DNA of 64,000 bases from Candidatus Helarchaeota ASGARD archaeon Hel_GB_B (lineage in GTDB: Archaea; Asgardarchaeota; Lokiarchaeia; Helarchaeales; HEL-GB-B), in NCBI GenBank assembly GCA_005191425.1, contig SUPR01000005.1, forward strand, positions 344-64,343, given 5' to 3'. The notes beneath the pieces are model-generated. The model made no database searches and was not told the origin of the DNA. It saw only the letters and a program-made list of their open reading frames with translations. Both the position numbers and the translations under genes were made by a program. The stretch's first letter is position 1. Every line of letters begins with the position of its first letter. Positions 1-9,236 of this stretch are shown one piece after another.

Positions 1-230
1 TTTTTTAATATATTCATAAAAAACTATTTATAATTTCAATAAATATTATTCAGCCAATCATCAATTCTGTTTTGAGGATTTTTAGTTATTTAATAATAAT
101 GGATGAATTTTGTTCATAAGTATTAATAATCTTAAAAAATAATATATTTGTCAATAAGAAATACAATAATCAATAAATTTAAATTCATCCCAATTTAATT
201 TATTTCAATTGAAGGATATAAGAAAAATTA

Positions 231-338
231 GGGTTAGTAGCGCAGTATGGATAGCGCGACGGACTTCTAATCCGTAGGTCGCAGGTTCAAAACCATAATC
301 CGCCATGGGTTATAGGGAATATCCTGCCTAACCCGCCA
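231..338 (+). tRNA. tRNA-Arg(TCT) with a ~30-nt intervening sequence inside the T-loop; 3' CCA encoded
   Basis: Acceptor GGGTTAG/CTAACCC. D-arm GCGC..GCGC. Anticodon arm ACGGA-CTTCTAA-TCCGT. T-stem GCAGG (281-285) and CCTGC (323-327) are separated by 37 nt instead of a 7-nt loop. Discriminator G, then CCA. Confidence 0.6.
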
Positions 339-360
339 CTTTACTTACTTCTTAAATCAA

Positions 361-449
361 GGGCTCGTGGCCTAGTGGATATGGCACAAGCCTCCTAACT
401 TTTATCTGGAGATAGCTTGTAGTCGTGGGTTCAAATCCCACCGAGCCCG
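361..449 (+). tRNA. tRNA-Arg(CCT) with a 16-nt intron at the canonical 37/38 position
   Basis: Acceptor GGGCTCG/CGAGCCC. D-arm GCCT..GGC. Anticodon stem CAAGC/GCTTG encloses CTCCTA[ACTTTTATCTGGAGAT]A. Intron GGAG pairs with exon CTCC, as in a bulge-helix-bulge substrate. T-arm GTGGG-TTCAAAT-CCCAC. Confidence 0.7.
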
Positions 450-644
450 TATCACCTATATATTATCAAACTGACAAAATTCTTTTTGTTACATTAATAT
501 TTCTTCTTCAAAATTATTTTGTTTCGTAAATACAATTTTTATTTTTATTGATTGAATTTTTTGATCATATTTTTTCGATAGAAATAATTATATTCCCCAA
601 TTAAAAGTATCTTTCAATTATTTGAATATTTAAGTTCAAATGTA

Positions 645-1580
645 ATGATAAAAATGGACAAATCAATATCGGAAAATAAGAATTTAGATAATATCAATAT
701 TACCCAAAAGACTAAGAGAATGGATTGGAGAATCGAGTTAATAAGAATACCCGCAATACTTGCTGTAGTCATAGTACATATGCAGTTAGAATCAGGTTGG
801 ATTAATGGTTCAACTATGCCACAAAATTTTATCTTATATATTGCTATGGCTATGTTCATGTATGCTTCAGGATTTGTTCAGGGTTTGAAAAATGAGTTTA
901 GTAATCCTGGAGATATAAATAAAAAGAGTTATTTTAAATATATCAAAAAGAGGTTTTTAAGATTATATATTGGTTATTATTTGGCTTTTGGTACTGTATT
1001 TTTGTCTCGATTATTTGCTTATTATATTATAAATAAGCCATTTCCACTAATATATTCCCCTTGGTCCCTATTTTTAGATTTGACCGGGACTTGGGGTTTA
1101 TTTACCACATGTGGTTGCGGGGGTATTTGGCCTCCAGGGTGGTTTATATGTGCAATTTTTATGATATCATTAATTTATCCTTTTTTAAGAAGGCTGAGTT
1201 CTATTAATAAAATTTATATTTATGTGGTTATGGCAATCGCAATTGTGATGCGAATAATCTTAGCAATTACATTATATAATCCAGCGTATTTCTTTCCCTT
1301 CTCTTGGATAACTGAATTTTCTATTGGAATGTTATTTGGGAAATGGTCTGGCTCAACTGGGGGACCTCCAATCGTTTCAAAACGATATCAAAAAGTTGTA
1401 ATCAAATTAGGGGCACGAGTCTGGCCAATGTACTTGTCTCATATAGTACCTATTGTATGGATATCATATCTTGCAGGATTTTGGGAATTCTTTATAATAT
1501 TCATAATTATTTTCCCATTGACAGAACTTTTTCATAGAATATTAATCATCATCAACAAAAAAATAAAGAAAAAAATTTAA
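645..1580 (+). CDS. Membrane O-acyltransferase, acyltransferase family 3 (OafA/NolL-like)
   Basis: N-terminal motif DWRIELIRIPAILAVVIVH is typical of acyltransferase-3. Polytopic hydrophobic profile. The likely true start is the internal Met at 654. Confidence 0.55.
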   Translation: MIKMDKSISENKNLDNINITQKTKRMDWRIELIRIPAILAVVIVHMQLESGWINGSTMPQNFILYIAMAMFMYASGFVQGLKNEFSNPGDINKKSYFKYIKKRFLRLYIGYYLAFGTVFLSRLFAYYIINKPFPLIYSPWSLFLDLTGTWGLFTTCGCGGIWPPGWFICAIFMISLIYPFLRRLSSINKIYIYVVMAIAIVMRIILAITLYNPAYFFPFSWITEFSIGMLFGKWSGSTGGPPIVSKRYQKVVIKLGARVWPMYLSHIVPIVWISYLAGFWEFFIIFIIIFPLTELFHRILIIINKKIKKKI

Positions 1581-1617
1581 AACCTGTTATAAAAACATTG
1601 ATTTAAAAGGTTTTGCA

Positions 1618-2521
1618 ATGTCAACCCTGCAAATTTTTAATAAAGAAACTAAAAAAGAAATTAAGAAAGATTGGCGAATAGAACTAGCTAGATTAATTTC
1701 TATTGTCATAATTATAATTTATCATATATTTATATTTACCAATTGGGTTGATATAAATAATTGGTTCCAAACATGGCCCATTGTAGTAGCAATTGGTTGT
1801 TTTATGTATTGCTCGGGAAATGTCCATGGTCTTAAAAAAGAATTTAATGAACCAAGCTCATTATCTATTTCAAATTATTTAAATTTTGTAAAAAAAATTT
1901 ATTCGATTATACTTCGAGTACTATCTTGAGTTATTCATAGTTTTTATTATAAAATACATTTGTGGAAAACTTCCTGTAATAACACCATTTTCTCTCTTTT
2001 TAGATTTAACAAGCCTATGGCCATTAATTACAGGAAATAGCGGCGGTATATGGCCTGAAGGCTGGTTTATTTGTGATATTTTCATATTATCATTAATTTA
2101 TCCATTATTAAGACGTCTAAAAAAACAATACTTGAGCATTATAATTATTGTTGTACCTATTTTTCAAATTATGATTATGTTTTCACCATTTTATAAATTT
2201 GCATATTTTTTCTCTTTTTTCTGGACAACTGAATTTATTATTGGCATGCTTTTTGGAGATAATAGGTCTAAACGTATTGGAATACCAGTTGTCAATGGTC
2301 AGATTAAAAAAATAATTATAAAAATGGGTAATAGAGTATGGCCATTATATCTTGCACACATGGCTCTAATATCAATTCTACCTTTATTTACTCCATGGTG
2401 GATGTGTGTGTCGTTAATTCCTTTTATTCTCTTATTGACTGAAGGCTATTATCACTTATTGAACAAAATTTATAATTTAATTGGATATGGCACTCTAAAA
2501 GCCCAAAAAAGACCAAACTAA
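1618..2521 (+). pseudogene. Tandem paralog of the upstream acyltransferase-3 gene, broken into three frames
   Basis: 1618-1929 encodes the N-terminal part (DWRIELARLISIVIIIIYH). 1930-2131 encodes the middle part in another frame (...IWPEGWFICDIFILSLIYPLLRRL vs ...IWPPGWFICAIFMISLIYPFLRRL). 2132-2521 encodes the C-terminal part in a third frame (FAYFFSFFWTTEFIIGMLFG / RVWPLYLAHM). The region is colinear with 645..1580. Confidence 0.55.
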
Positions 2522-2865
2522 CCATAAATAACAAAAATATATGATTTTGAATGGTCATTGAGAAAAAAATAAAAGTATCTTATAATATTTTCACCTTGTT
2601 ATAAAAACAATAATGATATACACTATAATTTTACCTAATTTTTAATTAATTATGTTTATATTAAATTATTTTTAATTTTTTAATTATAAAATAAAAAAAG
2701 GTTATAGTTATCCCTACACAATTAGTTAAAAATATTTTAAAATTTAATCACTTAATAAATTTTAAATGCAATTTAATGAATTTTTTTAATGTTAAATATT
2801 TCTAATAATAAATCTAGTTAAAAAATATAAAACAAAATAAAAATAAACGATAGAAAGGGTCAATA

Positions 2866-4839
2866 ATGACTAATCCTATTGAAGAGTTAATTAAACAAAT
2901 TGAAGATATAATTAAGAAATTTCTTGAAGACAAGGGAATATTAGAATATATAAGTGATTTTGGGATAAAAGAATCGCCACAAACGAAGTTTGGCGATTAT
3001 AATACAGCAATATGCTTTAGGATAGCAAAAATATTGAAGGAACAACCCAGAAATATAGCCGAGATGTTAATTGATTCTATTAATTTGAGAAATTATAATC
3101 TTATTAAAGAAGTTAAGAATGAAAATGGTTATGTGAATTTTTTTATCAATTATACTGAATTTAATTTTCTCGTTTTAAAAACTATTAATGAAATGGGTTC
3201 TAATTATGGTAGATTAGAGAATATTGATAAAGATAAAAAAATCTTGATTGAACATACTTCTGTCAATCCTAACAAGCCATGGCACGTAGGGCATGCTAGA
3301 AACGCGATTTTAGGTGATACAATTGCAAGATTGTATAAGAAGGCTGGATATAATATAGAAGTTCAAAATTATATTGATGATACTGGAAAACAGGTCGCTG
3401 ATACTTTATTTGCCATGGATTATTTTGGTTTTGATGGTTTACCTAATGATAAGAGAATTGATCATTGGATGGGAAAAATATATGTGGATATTTATAAATT
3501 AATGGACGAGCTCCAATCAAAAATTAAAAAATCGAAAGAATTAGGAGAAAAAACAACCAATTATGAAGATAAATTGAATGAAATTATTAATGGTATTGAA
3601 AATAAAATAAAATTAGTTGAAAAAGGGATATATAGAAATATTGTAGAGAAGTGTGTTAAGGATCAATTAAAAACTGCCTTTAAATTAAGAATTTTTTACG
3701 ATCTACTCAGCTGGGAAAGCGATATTGTAAGAGCTGGACTTTTTAATGAATCTCTTAATATTATTAAAAAAAGTAAATATGTTCAATATGTTGAGGAAGG
3801 AAAATTAAAAGGTTGTCTTACAATTCTTATTGATAAATATCTGGAAGATAACCCTAATGATAAAGAAACTCGAAAATTATTTTATGGTATGTCTGAACCA
3901 AATAAAGTATTGCTAAGATCAGATGGCACTTCTACCTATGTAGCAAAGGACATCGCCTATCAGATGTGGAAATTTGGTCTATTAAAGAAAAACATGAAAT
4001 ATAAATTATTTATAAATCAACCAAATGGACAACAATTATGGACAACTGCTCCTGATGGAGAAACTAATGATAAATTTGGGCATGCTGATAAGATTATAAA
4101 TGTAATTGGAATGGAACAAATGTATGAACAATCTTGTGTCGCTATTTCATTAAAAATAATGGACTTTAATGAATATTATAAAAATTCATATCATCTAGGA
4201 TATGCTCATGTTAAGCTAAAAGAAGGTAGAATGAGTGGTCGAAAAGGTATTTGGACTGCGACTGATGATATAATTAATGAAGCTATTTTAAGGGCTAAAA
4301 ATGAAATAAAAAAAAGAAGAATTGATTTCCCTGAAGATAAACTCGAAAAGACGGCAGAATCCATAGGCATAAGTGCCATCCGATATGCTCTAATTAATCA
4401 AAATCCAACTAAAGAAATCATTTTTGATTGGGATACTGTTTTAAATTTTGATGGAGATGCAGCCCCTTATTTACAATACGCTTATGCAAGAACTGCAGGA
4501 ATCTTAAGAGAAGCTAAAAAGCGCAATATTTCATTTTCAAAAAAGAATTTAAAAACTGTATCTAAATTAATTACTCATGAAGAATTAATATTAATAAAAA
4601 ATCTTGGTCTATATCCTCAAATTATTGAAAATTGTATAATAAACTATGATCCAAGTATTCTTACTCAATTTACTTATAATTTAACACAAATTTTTAGCAG
4701 ATTTTACACAAAGTGTCCTATTTTACCTACAAAGGATATCGAGCTAAGAGAAGCCAGATTAATTTTGGTCGAATCATTTCAAACGGTATTAAAATCTATT
4801 TTTGATGTGCTAGGAATTGATATTTTAGAAAAAATGTAG
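2866..4839 (+). CDS. argS: Arginine--tRNA ligase
   Basis: 657 aa. Class I HIGH motif (PNKPWHVGHARNAILGD). N-terminal tRNA-binding-type domain and C-terminal DALR-type anticodon-binding region. Length and layout fit archaeal ArgRS. Confidence 0.9.
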   Translation: MTNPIEELIKQIEDIIKKFLEDKGILEYISDFGIKESPQTKFGDYNTAICFRIAKILKEQPRNIAEMLIDSINLRNYNLIKEVKNENGYVNFFINYTEFNFLVLKTINEMGSNYGRLENIDKDKKILIEHTSVNPNKPWHVGHARNAILGDTIARLYKKAGYNIEVQNYIDDTGKQVADTLFAMDYFGFDGLPNDKRIDHWMGKIYVDIYKLMDELQSKIKKSKELGEKTTNYEDKLNEIINGIENKIKLVEKGIYRNIVEKCVKDQLKTAFKLRIFYDLLSWESDIVRAGLFNESLNIIKKSKYVQYVEEGKLKGCLTILIDKYLEDNPNDKETRKLFYGMSEPNKVLLRSDGTSTYVAKDIAYQMWKFGLLKKNMKYKLFINQPNGQQLWTTAPDGETNDKFGHADKIINVIGMEQMYEQSCVAISLKIMDFNEYYKNSYHLGYAHVKLKEGRMSGRKGIWTATDDIINEAILRAKNEIKKRRIDFPEDKLEKTAESIGISAIRYALINQNPTKEIIFDWDTVLNFDGDAAPYLQYAYARTAGILREAKKRNISFSKKNLKTVSKLITHEELILIKNLGLYPQIIENCIINYDPSILTQFTYNLTQIFSRFYTKCPILPTKDIELREARLILVESFQTVLKSIFDVLGIDILEKM

Positions 4840-5101
4840 ATTTAATATAAATAACAATTAATATTTGAATTTATACACTATTTATTATTTATAAACCTTA
4901 AATCCCAGATTTTTTTTATTAAAATCATTAGATGTCCCCATAATTTCCTTAATGGTGGGGTTTACCCGTTATATTTACATAAATTTTTTGTAAAAATTTC
5001 TACTTTTTCAGTTTTTTATAATTAGAAAAAATATTTGACTTGAGATCATTTAAAATTGTAAAATGATTAGATTTATAAATAAGAATTGAGAAAAAAGAAA
5101 A

Positions 5102-5230
5102 TGGTGGACCTGGCAGGACTTGAACCTGCAATCGCTGGCTTACTTCCTTATATTTTTTTATATTATTAGTCCGAAGGCCAGTGCCTTCTATGGATAGCTT
5201 TTAAGCCACAATCCATTGGGCCACAGGTCC
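5102..5230 (-). tRNA. Intron-containing tRNA, probably tRNA-Arg(TCG) with two introns; 3' CCA encoded
   Basis: Minus-strand reading: acceptor GGACCTG/CAGGTCC+A+CCA. D-arm GTGGCCCAATGGATTGTGGCT is nearly identical to the D-arm of the tRNA at 361. T-arm GCAGG-TTCAAGT-CCTGC. The only anticodon arm compatible with a 5-nt variable loop (CGATT) is CTGGC-CTTCGG[30-nt intron]A-GCCAG, which needs a second ~22-nt insert between position 26 and the anticodon stem. Confidence 0.45.
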
Positions 5231-5554
5231 TCTAAATCTTTAGATAGGTAATATTCAGTTAATAAATAAACAAATTATAGTTTTTAAATGTTTTCAATAT
5301 ATAGATAAATATTATTTATGGTAATTTATTTTAGACAATCAATTTTATCTTTAATTATTTGAACATTAATTTAATAAAGAGCTAAATGAGATTTACCTTA
5401 CATTACTATTTTTTCTAAAAATTACAAATGACCGATATTTTGTTATAAAAAAAACACAATTTTGATAAGTTATTTATATTATATTTCTATTAAAATTTAA
5501 AAGTTTATGATATTTAAAATGTACAAAGAAAAATAGAGAACGAAGGTCTAGTTT

Positions 5555-5845
5555 ATGAGCGAAAAGTCATATAGAGCATATTTATTAATAAGATTAGCAA
5601 GTGTTGGTAAAGAATGGATAGTAATTGATAAAATAAAAGAATTAAAATCTTCAAAAGGTAATTGGGTAATAACATATGCTTCTCCTGTCTATGGAGCATG
5701 GGATGCAATAGCTGAAATCTCCTTTAAAGAATTATCTGATCTTGACGAAATAGTAACTGCATCAAGAACTGTGGAAACATTACGTGATGTTATTACAGAA
5801 ACTACAACAGTTGTTTGCACAAAAAAAGATTATCCATGGGAATAA
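5555..5845 (+). CDS. Small stand-alone Lrp/AsnC C-terminal (RAM) domain-like protein
   Basis: 96 aa. Alternating beta-alpha-beta-beta-alpha hydrophobic pattern (AYLLIRL...GAWDAIAEISFKELSDLDEIV...TETTTVVC). GAAGGT Shine-Dalgarno upstream. Assigned by pattern only. Confidence 0.35.
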   Translation: MSEKSYRAYLLIRLASVGKEWIVIDKIKELKSSKGNWVITYASPVYGAWDAIAEISFKELSDLDEIVTASRTVETLRDVITETTTVVCTKKDYPWE

Positions 5846-6037
5846 TTTATAAAATAATATTATTCTATTTTTTATATATTCTGATAATTAAGTAATTATT
5901 CAAATAAAATTTATAGTGTATTATTCTGAATTTATTAATTTAATATTTGTAATTCTAATGTATATTTTTTTTAAAATAAAAATAAGTGTATTTTTCAAAA
6001 TTTACGAAATTTAAATTTAGAAAATTCATGATTTACA

Positions 6038-7339
6038 ATGCTTGGTCCATCGGAAATTAATTATAAAGATTTGGAATCTCCATTTTGGACAAAATATCAT
6101 ACCTTTTTAGTATGGACTCTGTCAATAAATAGATTTTTTAATCTTTTTATGATTGTATTTACTGGGTTATCAATTAGACAAATAGCCAACGCGATTAATG
6201 TAAATTCAATTACAATGATTATCATTTTTGCAATAATGAATTTAGGGAGTGGACTGGCTTTATTTTTAAGGTATATTGCGGACATTATAGGTCGAAAAAA
6301 GACTTTTATAGTAATGCACATTGGACTGATGATGGCATATGGAATTTCAGCGATGGCGACTAATGTATTGTTTTTTATCATATCAAGGTTGGCTGTAGGA
6401 ATTTTTTCAATGAATGTTAGTGGACTTATTATAACTGAAGAAGTACCTGCAAAATATAGGGGGCGAGCTATCGGACTTACAGAAGGAATTGGAATGACTT
6501 CTTCAATTCTGGCTTCTTATTTGGCAGTTTTTTTAGAGATTAATTTGGACTATTGGCGCGAAATTTTCTGGCTTATGGCTATTATAGGAATAATAATTCA
6601 AACAATATTTGCCATATTTATCAAAGAAACAAGACGATACAAATATTTTCTTAAAAATAATAATAACCGCAGTTTTAAACAAGCATTTTTTGGAGTTTTC
6701 AAGAGAAAATATCTTAAATTTATGATTTTAAGTATTTCATTATTTTTTTGTATTAATGGAGTATATCAAACAATAAAGCGGTATTATCCCGCATTTTTGA
6801 TTGAAGAACGCGGATTTCTTGGTTTTAATACAGAAATTGTTGGTTATTGGTCAATTTTTTTATATATTAGTTCTATAATTGGATATAGTTTATGCGGCTT
6901 TATTTCCGATCATATTGGTAGAAAAAAGACGATCTCTATTTCTGCAGCTTCTTATTTTCTTGGAAGTTTATTTGTATTAGTTTTTTATAATATGTATATA
7001 ATTTTTATTGGCTTTATTATAATCAATTTTTGTTTTGCGATATTCATAAATACTGCTTCTGTTCTTACTGTAGAATATTTCTCCACTGAAGATAGAAGTA
7101 TCGGGTCTGGGTGGAACTCTACCATTATTAATTTTTTATCTATATTTGGAAATTTTAGTATTTTTTTAGTCGCAGATCCATATCTAGGGCTAGGATTGGG
7201 GTGGGGAAATTCATTTCTATTATTTGGGTCGATTTATATCATTGGAGTTATTATTATCCCGCAATTCTTTATGGAGACAAAAAGTCGCGTAATAGAAGAG
7301 ATTTATATACAAGATATCGAAAGAAATATAGAAATTTAA
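6038..7339 (+). CDS. Major facilitator superfamily transporter
   Basis: 433 aa with about 12 TM segments. Duplicated MFS loop motif: DIIGRKKTFIV after TM2 and SDHIGRKKTISI after TM8. Confidence 0.8.
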   Translation: MLGPSEINYKDLESPFWTKYHTFLVWTLSINRFFNLFMIVFTGLSIRQIANAINVNSITMIIIFAIMNLGSGLALFLRYIADIIGRKKTFIVMHIGLMMAYGISAMATNVLFFIISRLAVGIFSMNVSGLIITEEVPAKYRGRAIGLTEGIGMTSSILASYLAVFLEINLDYWREIFWLMAIIGIIIQTIFAIFIKETRRYKYFLKNNNNRSFKQAFFGVFKRKYLKFMILSISLFFCINGVYQTIKRYYPAFLIEERGFLGFNTEIVGYWSIFLYISSIIGYSLCGFISDHIGRKKTISISAASYFLGSLFVLVFYNMYIIFIGFIIINFCFAIFINTASVLTVEYFSTEDRSIGSGWNSTIINFLSIFGNFSIFLVADPYLGLGLGWGNSFLLFGSIYIIGVIIIPQFFMETKSRVIEEIYIQDIERNIEI

Positions 7340-7393
7340 AATCTTTATTGACCGGCATTTTTTTCTTTAAAAAATTTACGTGGTATTTAGATA

Positions 7394-9157
7394 ATGGCAG
7401 AAATTAATCGAAATTATACACATTATATAGAAAAAATCAGGAAGAAAAAGATAATTCCACTAATTAAAAAAATAAATAACATACCGGCGACCATTGACTT
7501 CAACCTCCATATTTGGTGGGCTAAAAAACCTAATAATATTATTTCGACATTGATTAAAGAGTTAAGTAACGAAAATGAAATAATACTTGACCCATTCATT
7601 GGTTCTGGCGTTTCTGCAATCGAAGCTTTAAAATTAAATCGAAAAATAATAGCTTTTGACATTAGTAAATTGGCGATTTTTATTACTAAAAGTATTATTA
7701 ATTGTTATAATAAATCAAAATTTACCAATTTATTTGATAAAATCGTTCTCAACCTACAAAATAAAGTCTATGGAACAGAACATTATAAAATTACTGATTT
7801 ATATCTTACTAGATGTCCTATTTGCGGTAAAAAATCTCAATTTCTTTATATGGTCTATGATTTAGACTCTCCAAAATGGTTAAGATTGATGTGTACTCAT
7901 AATAACAGGCTAAAAAACATTAAAAAAACAACATTAGACGAAGATGACTTTAAATTGATCAATAAATGTGATAACATTAAAATACCATTTTGGATTCCTG
8001 ATGTCAAGCTTTACAAAAATACTCGAATAAATATTCATGACCATTATTCTGTTAAAACTTTTTTTACAAAAAGAAATTTAATCGCAATTTCTATATTATT
8101 ACATGAAATTTCTCAAATAGAAGAATGTCTTGAAAAATCTTTATTATATTTTATATTCAGTTCTATTTTACGTAAATGTAGTAAATTGATTGGTCTAAAA
8201 GGAGGACTTTCAATAGGATACTGGATTCCAAAAATTGATCGTAAAGAAAATAATCCGATCTTACAATTTATTAAAGCCAAAAATAAAATTCTGAATAATT
8301 GGCAATATATTAATAAATTAGAAAAAAATTCTCAATTTGCTACATGTTATGGCGAATTAATTCGTGGTAAGCAGATATTAATAAAGCAATTACCAGTTCA
8401 AGATTTGAATAATTTTGTTCCAAAAAATTCTATAGATCTGGTAATAACAGACCCACCTTACGGTGATGAAGTGCCTTATCTCGAATTATCTGCTTTATGG
8501 TCTTCATGGTTGAAATTAATGCCTTCAAAAGATGATTTTGAAAATGAAATTGTCCTTTCAAATAGTCCATATCGCCCGAATAAAAATCCAAGGACTACTC
8601 TTGGACTAAAAAATTATAAAACGATGATGGAACATGCTTTTAAAAATATCGCACTAACACTAAAACCTGAACATTTTGCTTGTATTTGGTTTCATGAATT
8701 AGAACTTCCTATATGGAATATAATGATCGAAGCGGCATTAAAAGCAGGTTTGATTTATGTTGAACAGACTTACATATCTACTTCTAATATCCGGTCTCTA
8801 AAATCTAAATTAACTCCATTTCCTACACTTACTGGTCATGTCTTATCATTTTTTATTAAATTACCCGATAGTCCTATTAATTTTAATGATAAAAATACTA
8901 TCGATCAAATTAATTATACAAAAATAGATCAATTAATTTTAGATTTAGCTAAATCTATAATAAAAAAGCAAGGCGGGTCTGCTACAACAAACGAACTCTA
9001 TATTAATGCAGGACTTTATAATAGTGGTATAATTTCGACTCTTATTAAAAAAAATCTTTTGGGAATTGTATCAAAAAAATATAATAATTTATTTTCAATA
9101 TTTAATAAAGAATTACAATTCAATAAAAATGATGGGAAATGGTACATATCTAATTGA
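7394..9157 (+). CDS. Orphan DNA amino-methyltransferase (N6-adenine/N4-cytosine type) with internal Zn-ribbon
   Basis: N-terminal block HIWWAKKP...ILDPFIGSGVSAIEALKLNRKIIAFDIS (SAM-binding motif I with its preceding KP motif). Catalytic VITDPPYGDEVPY (motif IV) lies ~280 aa downstream. A C-x2-C...C-x-H cluster sits between them. No restriction-enzyme candidate is adjacent. Confidence 0.55.
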   Translation: MAEINRNYTHYIEKIRKKKIIPLIKKINNIPATIDFNLHIWWAKKPNNIISTLIKELSNENEIILDPFIGSGVSAIEALKLNRKIIAFDISKLAIFITKSIINCYNKSKFTNLFDKIVLNLQNKVYGTEHYKITDLYLTRCPICGKKSQFLYMVYDLDSPKWLRLMCTHNNRLKNIKKTTLDEDDFKLINKCDNIKIPFWIPDVKLYKNTRINIHDHYSVKTFFTKRNLIAISILLHEISQIEECLEKSLLYFIFSSILRKCSKLIGLKGGLSIGYWIPKIDRKENNPILQFIKAKNKILNNWQYINKLEKNSQFATCYGELIRGKQILIKQLPVQDLNNFVPKNSIDLVITDPPYGDEVPYLELSALWSSWLKLMPSKDDFENEIVLSNSPYRPNKNPRTTLGLKNYKTMMEHAFKNIALTLKPEHFACIWFHELELPIWNIMIEAALKAGLIYVEQTYISTSNIRSLKSKLTPFPTLTGHVLSFFIKLPDSPINFNDKNTIDQINYTKIDQLILDLAKSIIKKQGGSATTNELYINAGLYNSGIISTLIKKNLLGIVSKKYNNLFSIFNKELQFNKNDGKWYISN

Positions 9158-9236
9158 TAAAATTTAGAGATTTTTTATGAGAAATAATTTAAAATAAAAA
9201 ATTTATAGATCAAATGATAAAAATATTTTTATTTAG

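Noticed and set aside
614-859. 81-aa minus-strand ORF overlapping the 5' end of the acyltransferase gene
   Set aside because: Low-complexity I/N/L-rich translation overlapping a better-supported gene on the other strand.
4931-4960. CCCCAT...ATGGTGGGG imperfect inverted repeat downstream of argS
   Set aside because: Short, with a bulge, and followed rather than preceded by the oligo-T tract at 4912-4922. Archaeal termination is adequately explained by the T-run alone.
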